Positions 18,880 through 29,400 of a stretch of DNA of 64,000 nt are shown piece by piece (the stretch's first letter is position 1; every line of letters starts with the position of its first letter). The stretch lies in assembly GCA_963665255.1 (NCBI GenBank), contig OY762210.1, positions 2,280,293 to 2,344,292 on the forward strand, written 5' to 3'. The notes under the pieces were generated by a model that had not been told where the DNA came from, did no database searches, and saw nothing but the letters and a program-made list of their open reading frames with translations. The stretch comes from Dehalococcoidia bacterium (GTDB taxonomy: Bacteria; Chloroflexota; Dehalococcoidia; Lucifugimonadales; UBA1123). The position numbers and the translations under genes were made by a program.

Positions 18880-20556
18880 ATGACTACTTCTCTACGCTCA
18901 GAGGTGGCGCAGCTTGTCAGTAGCGCGCTCGACTCCGCAATTAGCTCCGGTGCGCTTCCCGACGTCGACGTTCAGGACCTGTCCATTGAACGTCCGCAAA
19001 AGGCAGAAAACGGCGACTTCTCCTGCAGCCTCGCCATGAAACTCGCGAGGCCAATGAGAATGAACCCCCGGGCGATTGGCCAGGCTCTCGTCGACTCCCT
19101 GCCCAACTCCCCCCTCGTGGGGAGCGCATGGCTTGCCGGCCCTGGATTCGTGAATTTCAGCTTCAACAACGACTGGCTACAGTCGCAGGTAGACGTTGTA
19201 ATCGATTCGGGCGCCAAATATGGCGAATCCGCCACACCGAAAGGGGTTACTGTCCAGGTCGAGTTCGTCAGCGTTAATCCTACCGGCCCGGTCCACGTCG
19301 GACACGCAAGGGGCGCCGTGCTGGGCAGCGCACTCGCAAACGTGCTGGCTGCCGCTGGCTACGACGTGCAGCGCGAGTACTACGTCAACGATGCAGGCCG
19401 CCAGATGGAGCTGTTCTACGAGACTGCATACGTTCGCTACCTCCAGGCGTGGGACAGGACTGCCGAGGTGCCAGAAGATGGCTACCAGGGCGAGTACATG
19501 GTGGACCTGGGGCGACAGATCAGGTCAGACCATGACGACGAATACCTGGCTATGAGCAGGGACGATGCCGTAGCAGCGATTGGAGAGGTTGGCCTGGAAG
19601 CGATGGTCGCCTCGATTCAAGAGTCCCTTCAAAGAATCGGCGTGTCATACGACAACTGGTTCAGGGAGCGGGACCTGTACACCCAGGGCGATTACGAACG
19701 GGTCATGGACCTGATCGCGCAGCGCGGATACAGGACATCGGCAGACGGCGCCGAATGGTTCGCCGCAACCAAGCTGGGCGAGGAGAAGGATGCTGTCCTG
19801 ATTCGGTCGAACGGAGACCCCACTTACTTCGCTTCAGACGTCGCGTACCACTACGACAAGTTTGTCGGGCGCAAGTTCGACCGGGTCATCAATATCTGGG
19901 GGGCAGACCACCAGGGACACGTCACCAGGATGAAGGCTGCCGTTTCGGCGATGGACGTCGACCCCGACCGCCTCACCCTGATGATCTACCAGATGGTCAC
20001 CTTCAAGCAGGGCGAAGAGCTGGTCCGGCTGTCCAAGCGATCCGGGGACATCATCACGGTCGATGACCTCGTGGCCCAGGTCGGCGCCGATGCGTGCAGG
20101 TTCTTCTTTCTGTCGAGAGCTGCCGAGACGCAGATGGAGTTCGACCTCGAGCTGGCTACCCGACAGTCGTCGGACAACCCGGTCTACTACGTCCAATATG
20201 CTCACGCCCGCATTGCCGGGATCATCGCCAACGCTCAGGAACGGGGCATAGACCTCGACGGCGGCGATCTGTCGCTGCTAGCCGACGACGCAGAGCTCGA
20301 TCTCATCCGCAAGATTGTGCAGCTCCCCGAGCTGGTCGAGCTGATGGCGAACAGCCTTGCCGTCCACCACCTGCCCCACTTCGCACAGGAACTGGCCACG
20401 GCGTTCCACTGGTTCTACCAGCAGTGCCGCGTCATCTCCACCGTCGAGGGAGAGGAAGAACTCACGCGAGCACGTCTCCGCCTCTGCCAGGCTGCCAGGG
20501 TGGCCCTCGCGAAGTGCCTCGACCTCATGGGTGTGACCGCGCCAGACAAGATGTGA
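18880..20556 (+). CDS. argS: Arginine--tRNA ligase
   Basis: VEFVSVNPTGPVHVGH, REYYVND.G.Q, WGADHQG, LSKRSG, YYVQYAHARI. Confidence 0.96.
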   Translation: MTTSLRSEVAQLVSSALDSAISSGALPDVDVQDLSIERPQKAENGDFSCSLAMKLARPMRMNPRAIGQALVDSLPNSPLVGSAWLAGPGFVNFSFNNDWLQSQVDVVIDSGAKYGESATPKGVTVQVEFVSVNPTGPVHVGHARGAVLGSALANVLAAAGYDVQREYYVNDAGRQMELFYETAYVRYLQAWDRTAEVPEDGYQGEYMVDLGRQIRSDHDDEYLAMSRDDAVAAIGEVGLEAMVASIQESLQRIGVSYDNWFRERDLYTQGDYERVMDLIAQRGYRTSADGAEWFAATKLGEEKDAVLIRSNGDPTYFASDVAYHYDKFVGRKFDRVINIWGADHQGHVTRMKAAVSAMDVDPDRLTLMIYQMVTFKQGEELVRLSKRSGDIITVDDLVAQVGADACRFFFLSRAAETQMEFDLELATRQSSDNPVYYVQYAHARIAGIIANAQERGIDLDGGDLSLLADDAELDLIRKIVQLPELVELMANSLAVHHLPHFAQELATAFHWFYQQCRVISTVEGEEELTRARLRLCQAARVALAKCLDLMGVTAPDKM

Positions 20557-20580
20557 GACGGCGCAGGTCGCAGCGCCTAA

Positions 20581-21096
20581 TCAGGAGCCGAGGCCGCCGT
20601 TTCTAAGGTATCGCTGCGTCTTCAGGACGTAAACGCCGCTGAAGTAGTCTCCAAGCTCCAGGTGTCTGTCCTGCACCTCTCCCCTGACTCGTCCGGGGAC
20701 CCCCACGACAATTGACCTCTCCGGCACCTGCATGTCGTCAAGAACCACAGCACCCGAAGCAATAACGCACTCGTCTCCGATCGAAACGCCGTCGTTGACG
20801 ACTGATCCGTTGCCCAGGAGCGTCCGTGAGCCAACGTTCCTGGCATGGCAAACGACCCTGTGACCGATCACAACGTAGTCGCCAATAGTCGCATCGGTGT
20901 CGCAGTGGACTACAGAGTTGTCCTGCACACAGGTGTATTTTCCAATGGTGATGCGTCCCATGTCGCCGCGAACAACGGAACCGGGCCAAACACTGGAACC
21001 CTCACCTATGACGACGTCGCCAATTACATAAGCCGCCTCGCTCACGAAGGCGGTGGGGTGAATTCTGGGGGCTATCCCGTCAAGAGACCTGATCAC
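20581..21096 (-). CDS. Gamma carbonic anhydrase-family protein
   Basis: IGDVVIG, VRGD, VQDNSVVH, IGHRVVCH hexapeptide repeats. Confidence 0.9.
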   Translation of the reverse strand: MIRSLDGIAPRIHPTAFVSEAAYVIGDVVIGEGSSVWPGSVVRGDMGRITIGKYTCVQDNSVVHCDTDATIGDYVVIGHRVVCHARNVGSRTLLGNGSVVNDGVSIGDECVIASGAVVLDDMQVPERSIVVGVPGRVRGEVQDRHLELGDYFSGVYVLKTQRYLRNGGLGS

Positions 21097-21283
21097 ATTC
21101 CCTCCTTGTACCGGCCGGTTGCCGGGCCCGATTACTGTATTTCATCGCCCTCTCGAATGGAACTCCCAACCCCGGCGCCTGCTGGGCGTTTAACAAAATA
21201 AGCGGCCTGCCGGATGTCGGGCCCCAGACACGGGCTATGCTATTCTGTTATCGCAATATCGCAAATTTCTACAGGCTGGATTC

Positions 21284-21850
21284 ATGCTAAAACTCGGGTT
21301 AACCGTCATTCTCCTGGTGGCGTTCATCTTCGCGATCAGTTGCAGTTCTCCACCCCCTGAGCCGACCCCCACTCCAGAACCAACACCCACACCCCAACCG
21401 ACGCCCACGCCGGAGCCGACTGCGACCCCAGAGCCGACGCCCACGCCGACTCCGGAGGTAGACCCCACAGCCACTCCCCAGATTGCGGCGCTGTTCGAGT
21501 ACATGCGTGCGGTAAGGCTACTTCAGGTGCAGGAGTTCGACGACGCCGTCACGGCGTTCGACCTGGTCATCAGGAAGCTGCCCGATTTTGGTCGCGCGTA
21601 CTATGGCAGGGGCAAGGCCTTCTACGGAGATGAGCGCTTTGAGCTGGCACTGGAGGACTTCGAGACATCCATCAGGCTGGAGCCGGACCATCCAGGAGCG
21701 TACATAGAGAGAGCGAGGCTCTACCTCGACAGGGAACAGCGCGAAGACGCCATAGAGGACCTGAGGAAGGCGCTCGAAGTGGCCAATCCGATCAGGGACT
21801 GGCAGCATATTGCAGAGGCGGAGCAGATCATCGCCGACCTAGGCGGCTGA
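21284..21850 (+). CDS. TPR lipoprotein with Pro/Thr-rich linker
   Basis: Signal peptide ending FAISC, PEPTPT repeats, about 3 TPR units. Confidence 0.82.
   Translation: MLKLGLTVILLVAFIFAISCSSPPPEPTPTPEPTPTPQPTPTPEPTATPEPTPTPTPEVDPTATPQIAALFEYMRAVRLLQVQEFDDAVTAFDLVIRKLPDFGRAYYGRGKAFYGDERFELALEDFETSIRLEPDHPGAYIERARLYLDREQREDAIEDLRKALEVANPIRDWQHIAEAEQIIADLGG
21356..21479 (+). repeat. Degenerate coding repeat (PEPTPT)n
   Basis: About 5-6 imperfect 18-nt units encoding a Pro/Thr linker. Confidence 0.8.
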
Positions 21851-23080
21851 CACTCCTGAGCCAGGCCACGACTTCGATCTGGCCAGCGCGTGTAGGCCGA
21901 AGTGCTGGCTCGCCAACTTTGGGCGGACGTCCAGCCCCAGGACAGAACTCACGCCCCTGGTTACGGCGTCCTGAGGGGGAGAAGGCATCTCCCTGAACGC
22001 CCTTTCTATCCTCTGCTGCTCACCTGCGTTGTGGGGAGGAGAGAAAGCGTGGAGAGCAGGCACCACTACGTTTGCCACCACGGTGACCGCAAAACCTCGG
22101 CCAATGTACGGCCGGCTCTCCACCTCACGAATCAGGCCACGCACTCCCTCAAGTTCGAACACGGCCTTGAGAGCGCTGACGAGCCCTGCCCCGGTACTTC
22201 GCGCTATCAGGGGCGCAATTCCCCTCAATCGGGAGGCAGGAGCGTTAGTCGGCCTCACCCGGAACCGGTTCCAGGAACTGGGACTTAAGCAGCTCCTGAC
22301 ACCCATTTGGCGAGCTAACCTGCGCACCTGAACCTGTTTAAGCTGGTCCAAGTCCGTTACCAGGCCTCCGCCCACTATCAGCGCCGAAAAGATGGAGAAC
22401 TCCGCGGTAGAGACCGGCTCTCCAGACAGGCTCGAGAACGTTGCACACGGGACACCTCTGGCAAGAGCTCGAAACGGCTTCCGGTTGCGGGCGTAGCCCA
22501 TAGCGTCCAGGAGAGCCTCGTACAGTACCTGGTCTGAGTTCGACTCCGATTCCAGCTCAAGCCTGAACCCCGCGCTCTTGGCCAGAAACCGTCTGAGTCC
22601 AAGTTCTTCGAGGTCTGGCGCCTCTTCTGAGGGCAACGAGTTCGGACGGCTGTCGCCGTCCAGCTCAAATCTCGCCTCTGCCGTCGGCGGGGCCGGAGCG
22701 CCGCCACGAAAGGGTCGAGACTTCAGGACTACCTGTAAGACTACTCCGCTATACCTGGAGTCCTTATGGTGCCCGTGAGCCCTCCAGCCGCTGGAGTCGA
22801 GGTGAAGCTCAATGTCGCCTCCGACGGTACTTCCGTCACGCCTCAACACCGCGCCTTTGAAGTCAGGACCCGCCCCCTGGTTCCGTACACCTGGAAAGAT
22901 GACCTCGTAGGTCTCCCCATCGCGCCCTGTGAGCTGCGGCCTGAGCTCCAGTGAGCGCTCCCACAGGTCGGAGAACGCCTTTTCTGAGGTGATTGATGCT
23001 TCGCGCCCGGCTGCGTAGGGGCGTTTGCGCTCGGCGACGCACTTGCCGCGCAGTAGGACGCCTGAGACCACTGAAGTCAC
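21839..23080 (-). CDS. DUF2851-family protein
   Basis: PG.RN..AGPDF, GDIELH, W.AHGHH.D..Y..VVLQVV, GYARN, RP.N.P..RL; start uncertain. Confidence 0.75.
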   Translation of the reverse strand: MTSVVSGVLLRGKCVAERKRPYAAGREASITSEKAFSDLWERSLELRPQLTGRDGETYEVIFPGVRNQGAGPDFKGAVLRRDGSTVGGDIELHLDSSGWRAHGHHKDSRYSGVVLQVVLKSRPFRGGAPAPPTAEARFELDGDSRPNSLPSEEAPDLEELGLRRFLAKSAGFRLELESESNSDQVLYEALLDAMGYARNRKPFRALARGVPCATFSSLSGEPVSTAEFSIFSALIVGGGLVTDLDQLKQVQVRRLARQMGVRSCLSPSSWNRFRVRPTNAPASRLRGIAPLIARSTGAGLVSALKAVFELEGVRGLIREVESRPYIGRGFAVTVVANVVVPALHAFSPPHNAGEQQRIERAFREMPSPPQDAVTRGVSSVLGLDVRPKLASQHFGLHALARSKSWPGSGVSAA

Positions 23081-24471
23081 ACCACCGGCCAGCGAGGGCC
23101 GAAGTCGACCCCTGCCCGCTTCATCATGTCAGCGCCGAAGCCCTGGACTTCCTGGATCAGTTCCCATTCGTCAACGAAGTTAGGCTCATGGTCGCGGACG
23201 ACGACCCGGCCGTCCACTATCACCGTGTGAACACTACGACCATCTGCGGAATAGACGAGGTTGTTGACCGGATTGAACAGCGTACGCCATTCAGGACGCC
23301 TCGTATCGAACAGGACGAGGTCTGCCCTCTTCCCCGCCTCGATCGATCCGATCATGTCGTCCATACCCAGCGCCTTTGCTCCCGTAATCGTGGCCAGTTC
23401 AACTGCAGTCTCGGCGGGAATAACGTTCACGTCCTCTCTGCCATCCTTGTAGAGGATCGCGGCCAGGTACATCGACCTCATCGTTTCAACCAGGTTCGAG
23501 TTGTTGGCAGCATCAGTTCCAAGGCCGACGGCCACGCCGGCATCCACCAGTTCGGGAAGCAGCGCTGTCCTGGTCATCCCGGAGCCGCCCTTGGCCGCTG
23601 CCGTGGGGCACATCGCTACTGTAGCGCCCGACCTGGCGATGATGCCCACGTCGTCCCTGGTTATGCCGAGCGCGTGAGCCAGGAGCATGTCTTCATCCAG
23701 GATACCGATCTGGTCAAGGAACGCTGTCGGCGTTCTGCCAGTCCGGTCGAGCCAGCCGCTGCGTGAAGAGGTCGTATAGCTGTGGTGCAGCGTCGATCGC
23801 GTACCCAGGTCACGGGCGATCTGCGCCGTACCAGCGAGAAGTTCAGCCGAGGCGAAGTCCGGAGAGAACGGCATCGCCCACGCGCTAACCATCCCATCGA
23901 GCTCGCCGTCGAACCTGCCAATCGTCTCCCGGGTGATCTCCAGGGCCTCTGCAGTCTCGTAGACCGGCACGTTGAGCGGGTTTTCCCTGTCCGTGACCTG
24001 GGTGCCAGTCACGATTCTGCACCCGGACTGCCTGTACGCATCGAGGCATGACTCAATGTACTTCGTAGACCCCGGATCTACGAACGTGGTGGTGCCGTAC
24101 TTCAGCAGTTCAGTGATTCCGAGAAGCGAGGTCAGCCGCTCTTCGTCAGGTGTCATCACTCCCTGAAGGGCGAACACGTTGGGCAGATAAGCAGGCCCTA
24201 GGTCGTCGGGAAAGATTCCGCGAGTGGCGTGGGCGTAACTTATGTGCATGTGCCCGCTGACGAAACCTGGAGTCACTACGAAGTGGCGTCCATCGATGGT
24301 CTCGTCTGCCTGAATGTCGTGAAGTTCTCTGGGCTTTCCGACCGCGGTTATCGTGTTCCCGGTAATGACTATCGAAGCCTCGGTCATGATGCGCCGATCG
24401 TCGTCCATCGTCAGGACAAAGTCGCAGTTGTCGATCTTCAGGGTCGCTGTTTCAGTATCTGAGGCAGCCAA
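23077..24471 (-). CDS. Amidohydrolase (Atz/Trz/SsnA deaminase-like)
   Basis: PGFVSGHMH, LAHA, GLGTD, GSIEAGKRADLV; probable TTG start after GGAG. Confidence 0.87.
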   Translation of the reverse strand: MAASDTETATLKIDNCDFVLTMDDDRRIMTEASIVITGNTITAVGKPRELHDIQADETIDGRHFVVTPGFVSGHMHISYAHATRGIFPDDLGPAYLPNVFALQGVMTPDEERLTSLLGITELLKYGTTTFVDPGSTKYIESCLDAYRQSGCRIVTGTQVTDRENPLNVPVYETAEALEITRETIGRFDGELDGMVSAWAMPFSPDFASAELLAGTAQIARDLGTRSTLHHSYTTSSRSGWLDRTGRTPTAFLDQIGILDEDMLLAHALGITRDDVGIIARSGATVAMCPTAAAKGGSGMTRTALLPELVDAGVAVGLGTDAANNSNLVETMRSMYLAAILYKDGREDVNVIPAETAVELATITGAKALGMDDMIGSIEAGKRADLVLFDTRRPEWRTLFNPVNNLVYSADGRSVHTVIVDGRVVVRDHEPNFVDEWELIQEVQGFGADMMKRAGVDFGPRWPVV

Positions 24472-24476
24472 GTGTG

Positions 24477-25391
24477 TTATCTCCAATGAGCCGGGACTAT
24501 GGGTTCGTCGAAGCCCAGTTTCGACGCTATCCACTGTTCCTGGTACAGCCCGTCCTTGTAGCTGGACTGCTGGGAGGCATAGATATCCGCACCGCCAGGG
24601 ATCGACGACGCCAGCTCACCCAGCGCCTCCGGTCCAAGCGCGGAGCCTGCCGGTCCGGCCATGACGAGCGTGCTGGCATTCACCAGTGGCGCAAAACTCC
24701 TCAGGTCAAGGTACGACAGCGTCTGGGCCACCTGTTCTTTGCGGGATGGATGGAGGCGCAGGTAGTCGTTGAGCTCCTCCATGGGGTACGACTCGGTTCG
24801 CGCCGCCGATGCCAGAGTCTCGAAGAACAGCGCCAGTGTACTGACCACGTGGGATGCTTTTCCGACTAGAGCAACTGCCTGCAAGGCGACGTCGTTACCG
24901 ATGGCGACGATCGACGATGAGTCTACCTCCGGAACAGTGCTTAAGAACTCGAGCCCGCGTGTCGCGTCGGCAACAATCCCCCTGAAGACGTAGCTGTCCT
25001 TCGAGTCAATGTTCACCGTGAGAAGGCCAGGAAACATGGCAGCGAATGGCTGGTCGGAGTTCCGCTGCCCACGCCCGGCGAGCGAGAAAGTCACAAACCT
25101 GCTCCTAACGGCGTTTTCCGTGCCCTGAGGGATGATCTCCAGCACGCTGCCGTACTTCGGAGTCCAGTAGATTGCGGGAAAGGGCCCCCTACCCTTGGGA
25201 ATGCTGAGATAGCCGTACAGCCTGTAGGGGCCTATGCTGCTCAGTCGCACCCCGTAGAGAGTCGCAAAGTCCGTCTTCCTGATGGGAATCGCTTCGATCT
25301 CCGGACTCGCCGGAGTCGAAGCCAACTCCTCAGTAACAGCCGCCCAGTAGTCATTGAAGTCTTCTGGCCTGGAAACGGTCAGTTCAGTCAT
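24477..25391 (-). CDS. Acetylxylan esterase (CE7)-like protein lacking catalytic motifs
   Basis: RPEDFNDYW, GRGQRNS, FPGLL, YVFRG..AD, YP.EELNDY align with the upstream paralogue, but GxSxG is absent (AIGNDVA). Confidence 0.8.
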   Translation of the reverse strand: MTELTVSRPEDFNDYWAAVTEELASTPASPEIEAIPIRKTDFATLYGVRLSSIGPYRLYGYLSIPKGRGPFPAIYWTPKYGSVLEIIPQGTENAVRSRFVTFSLAGRGQRNSDQPFAAMFPGLLTVNIDSKDSYVFRGIVADATRGLEFLSTVPEVDSSSIVAIGNDVALQAVALVGKASHVVSTLALFFETLASAARTESYPMEELNDYLRLHPSRKEQVAQTLSYLDLRSFAPLVNASTLVMAGPAGSALGPEALGELASSIPGGADIYASQQSSYKDGLYQEQWIASKLGFDEPIVPAHWR

Positions 25392-26325
25392 GTGACGCCT
25401 CCCCCTTGAGGTGGCGGTCGAAGAAGGACGCGATGATTGGCTCGTGCTCGTGCCTTCCGGCGCTGTGACCTTGCCCGTCGTATGCGTACAGGCGCTTATC
25501 CTCACTCGCTATGTGGTGGTAGAGAGCGTATCCGGTCTCAGGCGGGCAAACGTTGTCCTGGAGACCGATGTTCACGATGATTGGGCAGTCTATCCGGTCG
25601 GCAAAGTTTATGCAGTCGAAATAGCTTACCGTCTCTTCTACCAGTCCTCGGCTCTCAGGATGCAGCCTCAGGTAGTCGTTGATTTCCTCGTAGGGGTAGG
25701 TGTGTGTAAGCTCGATCGAGTCCATGAACCCCGTGAGGTATGGACACCCGGCAGCGGCGGCGACCACCTCCTTGCGCATAGCCGCAGTGCACAGGGTCAG
25801 GCCGCCGCCCTGGCTGCTGCCTGTGACACCAATGCTGGCGCTATCAACCTCGTCTCTCGACAGCAGGACGTCCACCGCCCTCCAGGCATCCACGTAGAAG
25901 CCCCTGTAGGAGTAGATGTTGCGGTCCGTGATGCCGTAGGTCAGCAGTCCCGGATAGCCTGGATTGAACTGGGAATTGGACCGCAGCTTTCCCCTGGGCG
26001 CCACCGCCAGGGCCGCGTAGCCCCTTCTCGCCCACTCCTTAGGTATCCCGGGGTCGCTCTGGTAGCCGGGTACTACAAGCACCGCGGGCAGTGGCCCTTC
26101 GCGATCCCTCGGCAGGCAGTACCATCCTGCGATGCGAACGCCATCGATACTTGTGTGATAGGTCTGGAAGACCTCTATTTCGTCCGAAGTCCGCAGGGGG
26201 TCCGGCACGACTTCAGGTTCAAGGTCCAGCCTCTCAACCTGCGTGACCACATCAGCCCAGAATTCGTCGAAGTCGTCGGGCTTGCGGGCCTTGGTCTGGT
26301 AGTTGGGGTCGACGAAATACGCCAC
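25384..26325 (-). CDS. Acetylxylan esterase / cephalosporin-C deacetylase (CE7)
   Basis: PDDFDEFW, GSSQGGG nucleophile, QDNVCPP (Asp), GH (His); GAGGAGG RBS before GTG at 26325. Confidence 0.9.
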   Translation of the reverse strand: MAYFVDPNYQTKARKPDDFDEFWADVVTQVERLDLEPEVVPDPLRTSDEIEVFQTYHTSIDGVRIAGWYCLPRDREGPLPAVLVVPGYQSDPGIPKEWARRGYAALAVAPRGKLRSNSQFNPGYPGLLTYGITDRNIYSYRGFYVDAWRAVDVLLSRDEVDSASIGVTGSSQGGGLTLCTAAMRKEVVAAAAGCPYLTGFMDSIELTHTYPYEEINDYLRLHPESRGLVEETVSYFDCINFADRIDCPIIVNIGLQDNVCPPETGYALYHHIASEDKRLYAYDGQGHSAGRHEHEPIIASFFDRHLKGEASHD

Positions 26326-26402
26326 TGTTCCCTCCTCGACAGTCGGAGCGATTGTATGAACGGCTCCCCAGTGTGTCAATTCGATGGTCGAGTCAAGAAC
26401 TA

Positions 26403-29400
26403 TCAGACGTAGCCGTTCTTCGCGTCCCAGGCTGCGGTCTCGGAAGACCGCTGGGCGGGGTCACCATATCCCCCACCGCCGGATGACAGGGCGACGATAC
26501 GGTCGCCAGGCCTCACGACCACGCCCGTCTGCTTGGTCGGTAGAACAGTTTCCGTCCCATTTGAGACGATGGAGTACCTGTGAGGAAGCCCTGGTTCGCC
26601 GCCAAGAACACCGAACGGAGGCACAACAGCGCCATCCCCTGCAGTGTTCAGCGAAGCGTCCCCTTCACCCTCGTAGACGATTTCGCAGACGGCCCCCAGG
26701 CCACCTCTCCACTCGCCCTCACCTGCGGAGCCGGGCCTGAGCTCGTGGTTCACTACGAACAGGGGGAAGCGCTCCTCGGTAACCTCAACGCTGTTGGCCC
26801 GAATGCCGCCGGCAACGTTCACTTCACCTACGCAGCTCCAGCCGTCGTGTCCGTGCGACGCTCCGCCTCCGCCCCTCGCCATGAAGAAGTGCCACAGGAA
26901 CGACTCGCCGGTCCTCGGATCAATCCCAGTGATTGCGTACCTCAGACGACGGGAGAAGCCGGCGTTCACTGCCTCTGGGACCGCCTGAGAGAGGGCCTTG
27001 AAGATCGCTTCGACAATCTCCTCGGCACAGTGGTTGGTGCTCATGCAAACAGGGGCGGGAGCGTTGGCGTTGACTATCAGACCCTTGGGCGCGATGACCT
27101 CGAGGGGGCCCATGGAACCCTCGTTCTTGGGCACGTCATACGGGGCCACGTACATGATGGCGGCGTGAGCCAGGGACCTGGTATTCGCGTATGCGCTGTT
27201 GATGAATCCAGTAACCTGGGACGCGGACTCACTCAGATCAATAGTCATCGTGTCGCCAGCGATGGTGATCGCGGCCCTGATCGGGATGAGTTCCGAGTCG
27301 AAACCATCGTCGTCAACTAGCGATTCGCCGTAGTAGACTCCGTCAGGCCATTCGGAGATGAAGCTCCTGACCTGCGCCTCCGTCGCCTCCAAAAGCCCTT
27401 CCACTATGCGAGTGAGGTTGTCGACACCGTAGTGATTGACAAGTTCTCGTATCCGGCGCTCGGCGGTAAGTACCGATCCAATCTGCGCATTGAGGTCGCC
27501 AAGAAAGTTCTTAGGGGTCCTGACATTTGCCGCCATCATCTGCAGCAGGTCATCACGAGGGACGTCACGGTCATATATCCTGAGCGGCGGAATGCGCAGA
27601 CCCTCGTGGAAGATCTCGCTCGCGGACGGATTGTAGCCCCCGTGGGTGCCTCCACCGACATCTGTGTGGTGCGCCCTGTTGACGGTCATGAACACAAGGT
27701 CACCGTCGACGAACACTGGCCTGATCACGGTCAGGTCCGGCAGATGTGAGCCTCCGAAGTACGGATCGTTCAGGAGGAACACATCACCTGGGGCAATGTC
27801 GTCTCCGAAGTAGTCCAACACGGCACGCCCGGCAACCGGGAGCGCGCTCATGTGTACGGGGATGCCCTCCCCCTGCGCGACCATTCTGCTCTGACTGTCG
27901 AGGATGGCCGTCGAAAAGTCCCTGCTCGCGTTCAGGATCTGCGAGAGAGCCGTGCGGAGCATCACGTCCATCATCTCGATCGCGATGGACTCCAGCCGGT
28001 TTCCAACCACGGACAGGGTGACGGAGTCTGCCGCCGTATCTTCAGGAGCCTGTGTGTCAATCTGGACGTCGATGTGCATGACGCCGCGCGAGTCGAGTCT
28101 CGCAGAGCACCCCTCACCGACTACCACTGTGTTGTAATCGGTGTTGATCACTGATGGACCTTGTGTCGCCGGGTGGGAAGAACTCGGCTTGCTTTCCGTG
28201 GCTTCTGTTGAGTCTGAGTCCAAACCTGAGCCCGCTGGAAGTCTCCCGACCGCGCTTGCCCGCAGGGTGACGATCCTGATGTCCTGTTCCTGCTGACGAT
28301 ACGCGTAGAGACGCTCGAACCGGATGTGCATGTTTTCCGCCCAGCGAAGCCGCAACTCCTCATCGGGTAAGTTCAAGTCTGGAACCTCGACCGACACCTC
28401 GTAAATCTGGTCGAGGTAGCGCATGTCAGCCGAGAAGGTCACGGTAATGTCGGAATCAGTGGCACCGGCTGAAAGAAGCCGATTACGGCCGGCCTGGGCC
28501 AGGTCGCTGAATGCAGATCGCAGGCTATCGAGATCCACAGTACTGAGGCTCGATGGATGGGAGAAAGCAAGATCGTACTTCAGGTCTGACGCCATCATCC
28601 CGAACGCGGAGAGCACCGGGCCGGCAGGCGGAATCAGGGCGCGGCTGATACCGATCTCCCTTGCGACCCTCGTAGCCACGAGCCCTGCGGCGCCACCAAA
28701 TCCCATCAGAACAAACTCGCGGGGGTCGAGGCCACGACTCACAGAAGCAAGTCGGATTCCCTCCGCGATCGAGCTGGACACGACCCTGAGTATGCCCTCC
28801 GCCGCAGACTCGACGTCCAGTCCCAGAGGTTCAGCGACCTGGCTGCGTATCGCCTCGATCGCCAGCACTTCGTCAAGCTGAACGGCTCCTCCAAGGAACC
28901 TGTCGGTGTCGAGCAACCCAAGAACAAGAGCAGCGTCAGTTACCGTGGGTTGGGTTCCGCCCTTCCCATAGCAAGCGGGACCCGGGTCTGCGCCTGCGCT
29001 GGTAGGACCGACACGCAGCACTCCGCCTTCATCGACGCGTGCAATACTCCCGCCGCCTGCACCGAGGGTGTGTATGTCGACTGTGGGTACAGCAATCTTC
29101 CAGCCCGCTTCGAACTTCTCACCCGTCACATGTGGCGTGCCGTCCTCTATGAGCGTGATGTCGGTGCTCGTGCCGCCCATGTCGAGGGCAATAACGCGCT
29201 CTTCTCCCAACTGCCGGGCCACATGTGCTGCTCCGGCTGCCCCTCCCGCAGGGCCGGAGAGTATCGACCTCACGGCCTGCTCAGAGCTGTCCGAGACCGG
29301 CGCGATCCCTCCGTTTGACTGGATAACGAAGACGGGCACAGTCCCGCCAGCTTCAGTTATTCGATCCTCGAGCCGCCGGAGGTAACTGGCCAGTGACGGG

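Noticed and set aside
21356-21479. Tandem repeats as a CRISPR array or VNTR
   Set aside because: Synonymously diverged coding repeat for a Pro/Thr linker; no spacers or cas genes
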